From the human T2T-CHM13v2.0 reference genome, Homo sapiens, in contig CP068257.2 of the NCBI GenBank assembly GCA_009914755.4, forward strand, positions 12,896,001 through 12,960,000: DNA of 64,000 nucleotides. Direction: 5' to 3'. Shown piece after piece: positions 54,117 to 64,000 of the stretch. A program made the position numbers and the translations under genes. The number at the start of each line of letters is the position of its first letter. Positions within the stretch are counted from its first letter, which is position 1. The notes under the pieces were generated by a model. It had not been told where the DNA came from, ran no database searches, and worked only from the letters and a program-made list of their open reading frames with translations.

Positions 54117-54540
54117 GTGTATTAGTCCATTTTCACATTGCTGTGAAGAAATACCTAAGACTGGGTAATTTACAAAGAAAAGAAGTGCAATTTGCACACA
54201 GTTCTACAGGCTGTACAAGAAACATAGTGGCTTCTGCTGTAGGGGAGGCCTCAGGAAGCCTCCAGTCATGGTGGAAGGCAAAGGGGGAGCAGGTTTTCTT
54301 ACATTTCAGGAGCAAGAGCAAAAGAATGAAGGCGGAGGGGCTACACACTTGTAAACAACCAGATCTCATGAGAACTCACTTACTGTCATGAGAACAGCTC
54401 CAATGGGTTAATGCTAAACCATTCATGAGAAATCCAATCCCATGATCTAATCACCTCCTACCAGGCCCCACCTACAACACCAGGAACCACAGTTCAACAG
54501 GAGATTTGGGCAGGAACACTTACACAAATTATATCAGATT
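54117..54540 (-). mobile_element. THE1/MST-type ERVL-MaLR solo LTR (antisense), nested inside an MLT1 element
   Basis: 'gtattagtccattttcacattgctgtgaagaaatacctaagactgggtaatttacaaagaaaagaagtgcaatttgcacacagttctacaggctgtacaagaaacatagtggcttctgctgtaggggaggcctcaggaagcctccagtcatggtggaaggcaaagggggagcagg...aaccagatctcatgagaactcacttactgtcatgagaacagctccaatgggttaatgctaaaccattcatgagaaatccaatcccatgatctaatcacctcctaccaggccccacctacaacaccaggaaccacagttcaacaggagatttgggcaggaacacttacacaaattatatca' is the reverse complement of the THE1/MST LTR consensus ('tgatatggtttggctgtgtcc...ggactaatac'). Confidence 0.65.
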
Positions 54541-54770
54541 GTATTAAGAGGTGGGGCTTTTGCGGAAGTAACTAAGTCATGAGGGCCCTCATGAATGGAA
54601 TTAGAGCCCTTATAAAAGTGGTTGAGGGGAGCTGCCTTGCTCCCTTTTTGAAGCAGACACTGAATCTGCTGGTGCCTTGTCTTGGACTTCTCAGCCTCTA
54701 GAGCTGTGGGAAATATGTTTCTGTTTTTACAAATTACCCAGCCTAAGGTACTTTGCTATAGCTGCCTGAA
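54541..54770 (+). mobile_element. MLT1-type MaLR LTR, 3' piece (continuation of the host element)
   Basis: 'ggtggggcttttgcggaagtaactaagtcatgagggccctcatgaatggaattagagcccttataaaagtggttgaggggagctgccttgctccctttttgaagcagacactgaatctgctggtgccttgtcttggacttctcagcctctagagctgtgggaaatatgtttctgtttttacaaattacccagcctaaggtactttgctatagctgcctgaaagaactaagacaa' parallels 11745-12045 and the MLT1 3' consensus. Confidence 0.55.
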
Positions 54771-57700
54771 AGAACTAAGACAAAGGTGATTTCAAATTTT
54801 ATTCTGAGGAGAGTCTGCAATGAGATTAAGAGGAATTTAGAGACAGGGAAATATGAATATTCATTAAACATCTTGAGGGAGTATGCTCCTTTATTTAAAT
54901 ATTTATGACAATCGCAAGAAGTTTTATTGTCACTATTTTACACATAAGGAAATTGAAGCACAGAGAGTTTAAGCAACAAGTTTAAAGTCCAGTGTTTTTA
55001 CTCATATAAATGTAAGGCAAGTTTGGTTTCCATAAAGTCTAAACCCCAGCAGAATTCTGGAGTTCTAGCACACAAAATATAGCCAAAGAGCAAGAGGTTT
55101 GAAGCAGAAAACTGACAAAGTAGCTGAAGTGACTGCAACAAGTACTAAGTGGTTGGATTTTATTTTTGACACAGTATATAAGAGTGCATTTACTAGCCAT
55201 TTTCTGGGCTGCGAAATTCCTTTTTAAAAATGCATGAGAATGATGCTAAGGAATACCAAATAAGTCCTCTCAATCTTTTAGGGAAATCAAAAAGTAAAAC
55301 ACCCATACATTTATGGAGTTCATTCATAAAAATTATTTGTTAGAATCAAGTATTTCCTCTTTTTTAAATAAAAGCTAAATGTAGAGTTGCTTAAACTCTC
55401 TTCTTTAAACGTGAAAGTACACATCATTAATGCAGTATAACTTCGGATAAGGAAATGAGAGAATCCAATATGATCTTAATTTTATTTCACCGGAAACAAG
55501 AGATTTGCATTCCATTTTAATAACCTGTTTCTTTAATACCAACAAAAGCCACTCTTGAAAGTCTTCTACTATTAAAGAGGAGATTAGATTTTTTTTCAAG
55601 ATAACGAAATATAGCCCTATATTCTTTCTACCTGCAAAATAAGTTATAATCCTGCTCTTTGGAAGTAGAAAACTTCTCTGTCTATAACCTCAAAATACTA
55701 TTAGGTAGTTCTAGTGGTTTTAAAATACACTCACAAATTCTTTTACACTGAAGAGGTCTTCAGAAGGTGGAACCTAAGACTGCCCCTCACCCTTAGTGTG
55801 AGCTGGATTTAGTGAGTTGCTTCTAACAAATAGAATAAAATGGAAGTGATGATGTTTAACTTCTGAAATTAGATCTTAAAAGGAATTGTGGCCTCTTCTT
55901 GTTCTGTGTCTTAGATACTCACTCTGGGGAAACCAGATGACATTCTGCGAAGACACTCAGCCTCATGGATAGACCAAAGTGGCAAGGGACCTATCCCTGC
56001 AGTCAATTCCCATAAAAAAACTGAGGTCACCTACCTATAGCCATGAGAGGGAGTTAGAAACAAACCTTTCAGCCCCAGTCAAGCCTTCAGATAACACCTT
56101 GAGCGACACTAACCACCTGAGATTATAACCACATGAGAGACTCTAAGCTAGAAATGCCCAGCTATACCACTCCCCAACTCCTGACCCACAGGGACTGTGA
56201 AATAATTTTTTTTGTTTGTTTTAAGCCCCTAAATTTTAAAGTAATTTGTTATGCGTCAATAGATTTGTAATACAATAGTTAAAAGTCATATAATGGATAA
56301 GAAAGTACTTGAAATAAGAAACATTGATCAATACACAATATCATTATTTTGTCATAATATAATCATGTCATACATAAAGACTATCATTTGGTTGACACTG
56401 TCATTTTGGACTCTTTTTGTTTGTTTGTTTTCCCCCTTTTAGATTGTTCACACTTTTGTTTAGAACTCCCTCAAATCTGTCTGATAAAACCTAGTGAAAG
56501 ACCTGTCTCTCCTGCTTGTTAATATATCACAGCATAACCTTAAATTATTTCTCCAGTGACCCAGCGTTGTGACCTCAGTTAAGCTCATGAAAAATTGGTC
56601 CCATTTTGTCCATTCTACACGCATCTCCCAAAAATTGTGTGCTATGTTGGATACAGTTTTAATTCTGTACATAGCCAATGGGATGTGTATGGCCAATATT
56701 TTATTTGTTAGTAATCCAATTTTCATCTTAAGGACTAAATGACTAACTCTAAATGCTGGTTACACTACATGAGAACTGAAGGAGGCTAGTTTAGTTTGTG
56801 CAATAAGAGGTGAGTCTAGACACTGTTTAACTGTGGACACAGTTTTGTCTGATTGCTTACATAGAGCAGAGTTTAGCATTAGCAAAAGTGATTGTTTTAA
56901 AAATAAGGTATCAGAAATGTATTCGGCTTTGAGGAAGAGAATAACCAACAGTGGTGGCTTAAACAAGTATGGGGCTTATGTTTCTGTAAAATAGAAGTGC
57001 AGACATAGGGTTTCCAACCCGGGTGCCGCTTCTCAAGGATGTCCTCAGTGAATCAGGCTCTATGCATGTGCCTGTTCCACCATCCTTCATGTGTGCCTTT
57101 GCCTCACGGCTGGAAGACAGCTGCTGACTTACCAGGTATTACATCCAGCTCCAGGCAGGAAAGAGAGCAAAAAACAAAGCTTTATCCTCATGAGACTCTG
57201 CCTTATTTTTTTTATTTTCCAGAAAAGAAAGTCCTCCTCTGGAATTTCTGACTATATTTCATTGGCCACAACTGGATTCCATGGCCACCCCTAACTACTG
57301 GGGAGGCTGAGAATTCAAATGCTGAAAATTGCAATCTCCATAGTGAAAGACACGAAGAAAGAAATTGATTGAAATGGGTTAATTAATTCAATTAGCAACA
57401 CTTTTTCTCAGCAAAGGAGCTGAGAAAGAAAATGTTTTGGTTCAGTCCTGGGTAGGGGTGCTTGACAGTGCTTAATATCACCAGCACTGAAGGTAATAAA
57501 TATTATCTCTCTTTTCTATCATGAATATGAATGATACTCTGAAGGCTGAATGCAACCTCAGAATTTAAGTGAGAAATGAGGCATGCAACACTTTTGAAAA
57601 TATATTAGCCCAAAGTCTGTATTACTGCATATTTTATTCCCCTTTTAATATGCTACAAAAGGTTTGAGCCATCAGCTGAATGCTGCCAGAGAAGAACAAA

Positions 57701-58449
57701 CAAGAACAAGAATGCAAAAATAAATGCTGGGAGTCAAGTTTTCCCAAGATGTTCTTTATAGTTGGTGTATGATCACATTTCTAAGCAGACTGCTTTGCTT
57801 CAAGCTCTACCCATCAGCACTTCTTCCACAAGCCTGGTTCTCCAGGAAGTTTATCCCGGGCTAACTATGCAGAAATATACGTGGGGCAAAGTGGGTACTG
57901 GAGAAAGCATTCCATGAACTCCTTCTTTTGCCCTGCTACCTGATTCTGTGTAACTTCTTCCATGCCTGAGATCTTCTCTTCCATTTTGAGAACATGAAGG
58001 AAACATGTTTGCTTAAGTACGTTCTGGTTGGGAATTAAATATTTAATTCTGATCATTTTTAGTGTCTGAAATATATTTCGTAAGCATGGTCATATGATAA
58101 TTATAACTATAAAATGTTTTACATTCTACAAACTTTATCCCATGTTACTAATATTCAGGAAATGATCATAGGAAAATATTTGCACTAGGATACTATTCAT
58201 TATTTTAACTCTTTCTATTTATACATAGTTTTAAGAAATTCTACAATGAATTTATATCATCTTCATAATAGGGAACAAAAATAAACTTCACTTTTTCCAT
58301 GAGGCTGTTGTCTTCCAAGACCATACCTAAGCCAAGTTTGGGTTTATAAAGTCAAAATCATGAGATATCCCATCTGTGAACAAATACTCATGGCTATAAT
58401 TTGGACGTTTGTTGTTTCCAAACTTCATGTTGAAATTTGACCCTCAATA

Positions 58450-58850
58450 TTGGATGTGGGGTGATATGGTTTCATTGTGTCCTCACAAAAAATCTCATCT
58501 TGAATTGTAATCCCCATAATTCCCACGTGTCAAGGGCGGGATCAGATGGAGGTAACTGGATCATGGAGGCAGTTTCCCCCATGCTGCTGTCATAATAATG
58601 AGTGACTCTCATGAGATCTGATGGTTTTATAAGCATCTGGCATTGCCCTTGCTTGCACTCACTTCATCCTGCCACCCTGTGAAGAAGGTGCCTGCTTCTC
58701 CTTAGCCTTCTGCCATGGTTGTAAGTTTCCTGAGGCCTCCCCAGCAAGGCAGAACTGTGAGTCAATTAAACCTCTTTCCTTTATAAATTACTTAGCCTCG
58801 GGTATTTCTTCATAACATTGTGAGAGAGGACTAATACATGGGGCCTAATG
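58450..58850 (+). mobile_element. THE1/MST-type ERVL-MaLR solo LTR (sense)
   Basis: 'tgatatggtttcattgtgtcctcacaaaaaatctcatcttgaattgtaatccccataattcccacgtgtcaagggcgggatcagatggaggtaactggatcatggaggcagtttcccccatgctgctgtcataataatgagtgactctcatgagatctgatggttttataagcatctggcattgccc...gccttctgccatggttgtaagtttcctgaggcctccccagcaaggcagaactgtgagtcaattaaacctctttcctttataaattacttagcctcgggtatttcttcataacattgtgagagaggactaatacatgg' follows the MaLR LTR consensus from 'tgatatggttt' to 'gactaatac'. Confidence 0.65.
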
Positions 58851-58859
58851 GCAGGTGTT

Positions 58860-59225
58860 TGGGTTATGGGGCTGAATCCTTCTACAATAGGTTAATGTTC
58901 TCCCTCAGTGGTGAGTTCTCACTCTATTAGTTCCTGCGAGAGCCAGTTGTTTCAAAGAGCTAGGGGTGCACCTCTCCCTGCCTTGCTTCCTCTTTTGCCT
59001 TGGAATCTCTGGGTCCCCTTCACCTTCAGCCATGAGTGGAAGCAGCCTGAGACCTTCACCAAATGCAGATGCCCAATCTTGAACTTTCCAGCCATCATAA
59101 TTGTGACCCAAATAAACCTTTTTCTTTATAAACTACCCGGTCTCAAGTATTTCTTTATTTTGTTTTTATTATTGTTTCTTTATTTTGTGTTGTATTATTG
59201 CAACACAAAATGGACTAAGACACTC
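58860..59225 (+). mobile_element. Second, older MaLR LTR (MSTB/MLT-like, sense) directly abutting the first; its 3' end is internally duplicated
   Basis: '...gttctcactctattagttcctgcgagagccagttgtttcaaagagctaggggtgcacctctccctgccttgcttcctcttttgccttggaatctctgggtccccttcaccttcagccatgagtggaagcagcctgagaccttcacc...ccagccatcataattgtgacccaaataaacctttttctttataaactacccggtctcaagtatttctttattttgtttttattattgtttctttattttgtgttgtattattgcaacacaaaatggactaagacac'. The ORF 58908..59282(+) is read through this LTR. Confidence 0.5.
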
Positions 59226-62200
59226 ACCAACTCTCTTGAATTCAAGAGTTTCATGGTTTGTGTACTGAATATTGTCACATAAAAATACCACTTCCTAGGC
59301 TCCAGTCATGACGATCCAGGTGAACAGGAGTATGGCACCAAAGTCTGCCTTTTTAAGTAATACTCCAGTTGAGGCTGATACAGACAGTTCTCAGATACAC
59401 TTGGAAAAACACTTATCTGATAGTCATTTGTTCACTGATGGAAGGCCAAGTTTCATGCCATAGTCCACTCTTATGCACACTGACAAGCCACTTTGCTACT
59501 CACACCAGCTTCTCCATTTGACAGTGGCTGCCTCTCTTCCCCATCTTTCAACAGATAGTTTGCATCTCCTTCTCCTCAGTCACAAGGAGTTAATAAATTA
59601 ATATTTTGCATAACACTCTTTGTTAAACTATTCTGTCATATAGATAAGTGTTTCTTAGTTAAATTCAATTGAATGTCTACTGTGAATAAAATTTAGATAA
59701 GACCAGTGCCTACTCCCAAACGACGATTTTTAGATTAGATGGCTCCTGCTTGTCTGTCACTAGGTATGAATTCCTTCGATCTTTAGTGATACACTACATG
59801 TCACAGTTGAATGGTTACCATTTGGAAGCACCATTTCTTGCCCAATTTTAACCTTCAGAAGCATTGTTGTTAGGGTAAAGATTTATCTTTAACCATTTTA
59901 TTCAAAGAACTTTCTATGTTACTTTCTTCTTTCCACGAAACGGGTCTATTTTTCTACGAAAAACCTACAGAAGGATTTCCTCTTGGCAGAAGGCATGTCT
60001 AGTGAGCTATTCCAGTAAACCAGCTGTTATTTTTCTCCTGGCCAGCAGACAATGCTTCACTTAGATATTATATCTGAGGTCTCATCTGAATTTAGGAAAA
60101 TGAGACTGCTTGTTTCAGAGATAATCTTCCAGCTGTGCTTGTGCAAGTCTTATTAAGCCCTTGAAAGAGTAAGAGGAGAAGGAGGGTGAGGGAGAAGAGG
60201 AAGAAAAGAGGAGGAGCAATGACAACAAATGAATTTTTGAAAGTATGTCTTAACTACCAGACATAGAACTATAGTGTTTTAATGACAGGTCTCACTGAAT
60301 CCCATGAAAGTACTGAGATATTTTTTATAGATGTATTTTACAGATGATAAAAACAGAGGCAGAGAGAGTCTAAGTAAATTGCACAATGCCACATAGCTAC
60401 TAACAGTCAAAGCAAGATTCAAACTGAGCTCTGTCTGATATCAGAGCTCTCATCCATGCACTGTGGGAGAACCCACTGGGAGATACTACAAGGGCAATGT
60501 GTTATCACATCTTGTAGCATAGGCCTATCACTCTGGTAGCATCAGAGCAGTCAGCAGAAACTCTAGTGGATCAAAATCATGATCTACCATCTAATTTATT
60601 GGAGGGCCTCCAATAGCCTCAGGAATCAGGCTGGATTTAGGAATGTGAGCCCCCCCTTCCTCACCAAATCAGCACTTTATAATTCATATGCTATGTACCT
60701 TCTATCCACTGCACCGAAGAAGTTCAGTTCTAAATTTTCTAATGAAACTATCAGAATGATTAAAGAGAACCTCATGGCTGTCAGAGAAAATATCAAAAGT
60801 CAGTCTGATGCCTGAATTGGCCTTGTTGACTCATATATCCTCTCTTGTTACAGGGTGAATAGCAAGTATTTGGCCATTGATTAATGTTACATTACTATTA
60901 TTAGTGAGGCCAAACATTCAGACTTTTTTAATTATCCAAACTCCTGGGCTAATTAATGCAGTTTTGAAAGGGATTGGTCAGGACTCACAGTTTATGTTTT
61001 TATATAAGTGTTTAGCATAGGTCTTGACAGGAACATCCCAGTATATTAATTTAATATTCCCAGAGTTACTTATCAAAAGGCTGTACAACATGATGTTTTG
61101 CAAAATCAAAATAGTTTATTATCTTATCATCATTGAATTTTTTTCATTTATATTTCAATTCACAGGGACATAAGCATATCAATTATAAAGCAACCTATAA
61201 TAACTAAATAGAAACTAGCTAAAAGGCTGTGTAAGTATTGTACACTATGCCTAATATATTACAGAGCTGAGTAACAAGACGATTTTCACAAAACACGCAA
61301 ATGCTGATTATTCACATTACCTGATAGGAAGTTCCTTGTAGAGTTTTTCCTTGATAGGTATGTATGTTGTTACTTAGAAAATCATCTTCATTTAGATCTA
61401 AGAAAAGAGATAACTGTTACATACAGAATATCAGACATTACAGGATTTAGGAAGTTTCGGTGCAATTTAACACTCATGTTTTTATTTAGTCTGTAAGACA
61501 TTACATTGGCTACGTCAAAAATATTTTTTTTTGTTAAATATATGCTATTTTTCTTTTTTTTTAACAAGAAACAGATCAAAATAAAATAGAAATTTAACAA
61601 AATAGGGATGCCGCTGACCATCTGTGTCCCTGAGGAAGTGATGGAAATTCACTGTGACTCCCTTTCTTGGTAATAATAGGATTGTGGACTAGCTACAAAA
61701 GCCACTTCTAACTTCAACATGCTATGACTCCATGCAGTTATCACCTCACCTGTTTCTATTAAACTAAGCTTTCCACCCCTGGCATTTTGAGCTTCATTAG
61801 CTTAGGTCTTCTCAACATGAATTATTTATGTTGAAATTGTTCTATGCATGCTTTAGTGAAAGCTTTGCAATGTAGCATCCATTTGCTTGCAGCTAAATGA
61901 AACCTTTTCAAATGCAGCAGCACTTCCCTTTTAGCTCCTGCAAATGGGAGCTTCATTTATTTAAGTCTGAAATATATGGTATGTTAAAAGAGGACAAGAC
62001 TTTATGGGTCACTTAATCCAAGCCTCTTATTTTACAGATAAGGAGAGTGCAACCCAACATCACCTGGTCAGCAGACCAGGGCCGTTTCCTTTCACTTTCA
62101 CTCCTATTTACTTGCAACCATTGCTTCAGTTTTCTACTATTCCTCATTCTCATATTCTGCAGTGGAAGCAGGGACAGGCAAGTCCTATCCTCCATGCACA

Positions 62201-63720
62201 GTGATAAATAGGTGCAGATTTTTCTCCAGATCTCCATCATAGCTATAGTTAAAAGATATGTTAAATTCACAGCTCAGTCTCAAAGTTATTTGCACCAATA
62301 ACTTAATATTTAAAATGAGAGTAACCATACAACAGAATTCCAGAAAGTACCTAAATTTTAAACTGAGCTGATTTTTTGATCTGGTTCTTTGAATCAAGAA
62401 TTTATGTCACAGGGTCAGGCTGCTAGAAGCTGAGCTTTTGCAGCTTGGTTTTTAGTTTCTGAACTGGGAAAAAAAAATATTGCCTCCCCTCTTATTCCTT
62501 TCCATCTTGTCTCTTTTAGTCACCTTTTTACAGGAATTTTGAATGACTCCTTCTATAAGCATTCTTCTAGGTGTAGAAAAAGAACAGTAAAGTGGCCTCC
62601 TGTGTTCTAGAATCTGGAATCAAGCTGAGAAAATAAGATACGAATATGTGCAATGCACTTTCATAACAACACAAGGCAGAAAAATGAGTGATTCACACAC
62701 AATACTATGGAGAGAGACCACTATGACTCAGAGAACTTGTGGAAGAGACAAGGCCAGAATGGAAGCTTGAAGAATGGATACAGTTTGAAAAAGTGGAAGG
62801 AAAGGAAAAGGTGTAAATATAGCAGTGATTCCATGAACCCTGGCCTATTATGCAGCATAAACGGAACATGTTTAATTAAGTGTAGAGATTGAGGCTGGTT
62901 AGGCCAGAGGGCAATTCTGGATATAGAGTAAGAGGAGGTAGGGCTGGATAGGTGACTGAGGCCAAATTGTAATGGGCCCTGAGTACCAGATGGAAGAATT
63001 TGGGCATAAACCATTAGACCAATGTTGTAAATATAAATATCTACAGGAATCAAATATATAACTAAATGAAGTTAATTAGATCAAGAAGGCAATGGGAATT
63101 CTACAGTGAGCTTAAAATCCAGCTCCACAGCTAAAGAGTAGCCATGGCTCTGAGCTCTCTCAGTTGAAGTCACCTGAGACTTTGGGTCCTGGATTGGAAA
63201 TTTCCCTCATGTTTTTCAAGGATATACAAATATACGGATTTTAATGTAAAATTTCCTGATTTTTAAAACGCCATATGGCCCCAAACAAGCTTTTCTTCTG
63301 AATAAATTCAGCTATAGAGGTACCATTTTACAGCCCCTGCTGTAAAAAATGGGGGACCTTTAAGGGCTGGGACTAAATTAGGCACACTTAAACCTTTGGT
63401 GTCTGGTCTTACACGTTTTTGTTTATTTATGATTCCCAAATATTACTCTCCAAAAATGTTTTATAAAGACAGAATCTATTTGGTCCTAAGTAGCAGCAAA
63501 GGCAGGAGTTGAATTAGACAATATGCAGGCTATATTTTCCAAAGTTGGCCACAACCATGCCTCCCATTCCGTGTGTTTTTTTGCAAAGTGACTTTCCCAT
63601 TCCATCAAGAAATGGTGTCTAATTCTTCTCCTGTTGACTCTGGGGTGATCTTAGTGACTCACTTGTCACAGTAGAGTGCAGTGGAAGTAATATTTTGTGA
63701 CTTCCAAGGTTAGGTTAAAG

Positions 63721-63880
63721 AAGCCTTGTATAAGCCGGGGGCAGTGGAGGACCTATATCCCAGCTGCTTGGGACGCTGAGGCAGAGGAATGCTTGAGGCC
63801 AGGAGTTTCAGATCAGCTTGGGCAACAGAGTGAGGCCTTGTCTCAAAAAGCAAAAAAACAAAAAAACAATTACAAAACAA
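63721..63880 (+). mobile_element. Alu-derived fragment (sense; roughly one monomer, diverged)
   Basis: 'aagccgggggcagtggaggacctatatcccagctgcttgggacgctgaggcagaggaatgcttgaggccaggagtttcagatcagcttgggcaacagagtgaggccttgtctcaaaaagcaaaaaaacaaaaaaac'. The ORF 63697..63978(+) is Alu-derived. Confidence 0.6.
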
Positions 63881-64000
63881 GAAACCTTGCAGCTTCTACC
63901 TTGGGTTCTTGGGATGTTCATTCCTTGATGCTTCTTCCTGTGATGTGTGAAGCTCCCTTGAATGTTGCACACACTTGAAACCCAACCCTGAGGCTGGGAG

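Overview
This window is vertebrate nuclear DNA, almost certainly human or another catarrhine primate, and not a prokaryotic locus. It is AT-rich, strongly CpG-depleted, and carries the standard primate repeat landscape. I count about 20 Alu SINEs in both orientations, several still showing target-site duplications and A-tails. Two LINE-1 3' ends carry ORF2 C-terminal remnants (1-613 on +, 47093-47891 on -). There are several MIR and L2-era fragments, multiple ERVL-MaLR solo LTRs (MLT1 and THE1/MST type) including one nested insertion, and many microsatellites.

Nearly every entry in the six-frame ORF track is a chance ORF in AT-rich DNA or a read-through of Alu, L1 or MaLR sequence, so prokaryote-style gene calling does not apply. 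I find no rRNA, tRNA, CRISPR array or operon-like organisation.

The items worth a second look are:
- A local inverted duplication at 19804-20275 and 21320-21790 (about 470-bp arms, roughly 94% identical by eye) flanking a roughly 1-kb spacer that holds an MLT1 LTR.
- A candidate minus-strand protein-coding exon at 41443-41795, with a polypyrimidine-AG acceptor, a perfect GTAAGT donor and an uninterrupted frame.
- An isolated CpG-rich patch with a TATA motif and a GC box at 42680-42800, roughly 0.9 kb upstream of that exon on the same strand.
- A (TTAGGG)3.5 telomere-type hexamer block embedded in an Alu.
- A long (TA)n microsatellite that has grown inside an Alu linker.
- Two Alus with clean target-site duplications; one of them is a CpG-intact young AluY and may be insertion-polymorphic.

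All family assignments were made by eye against remembered consensus sequences. They need RepeatMasker/Dfam confirmation.
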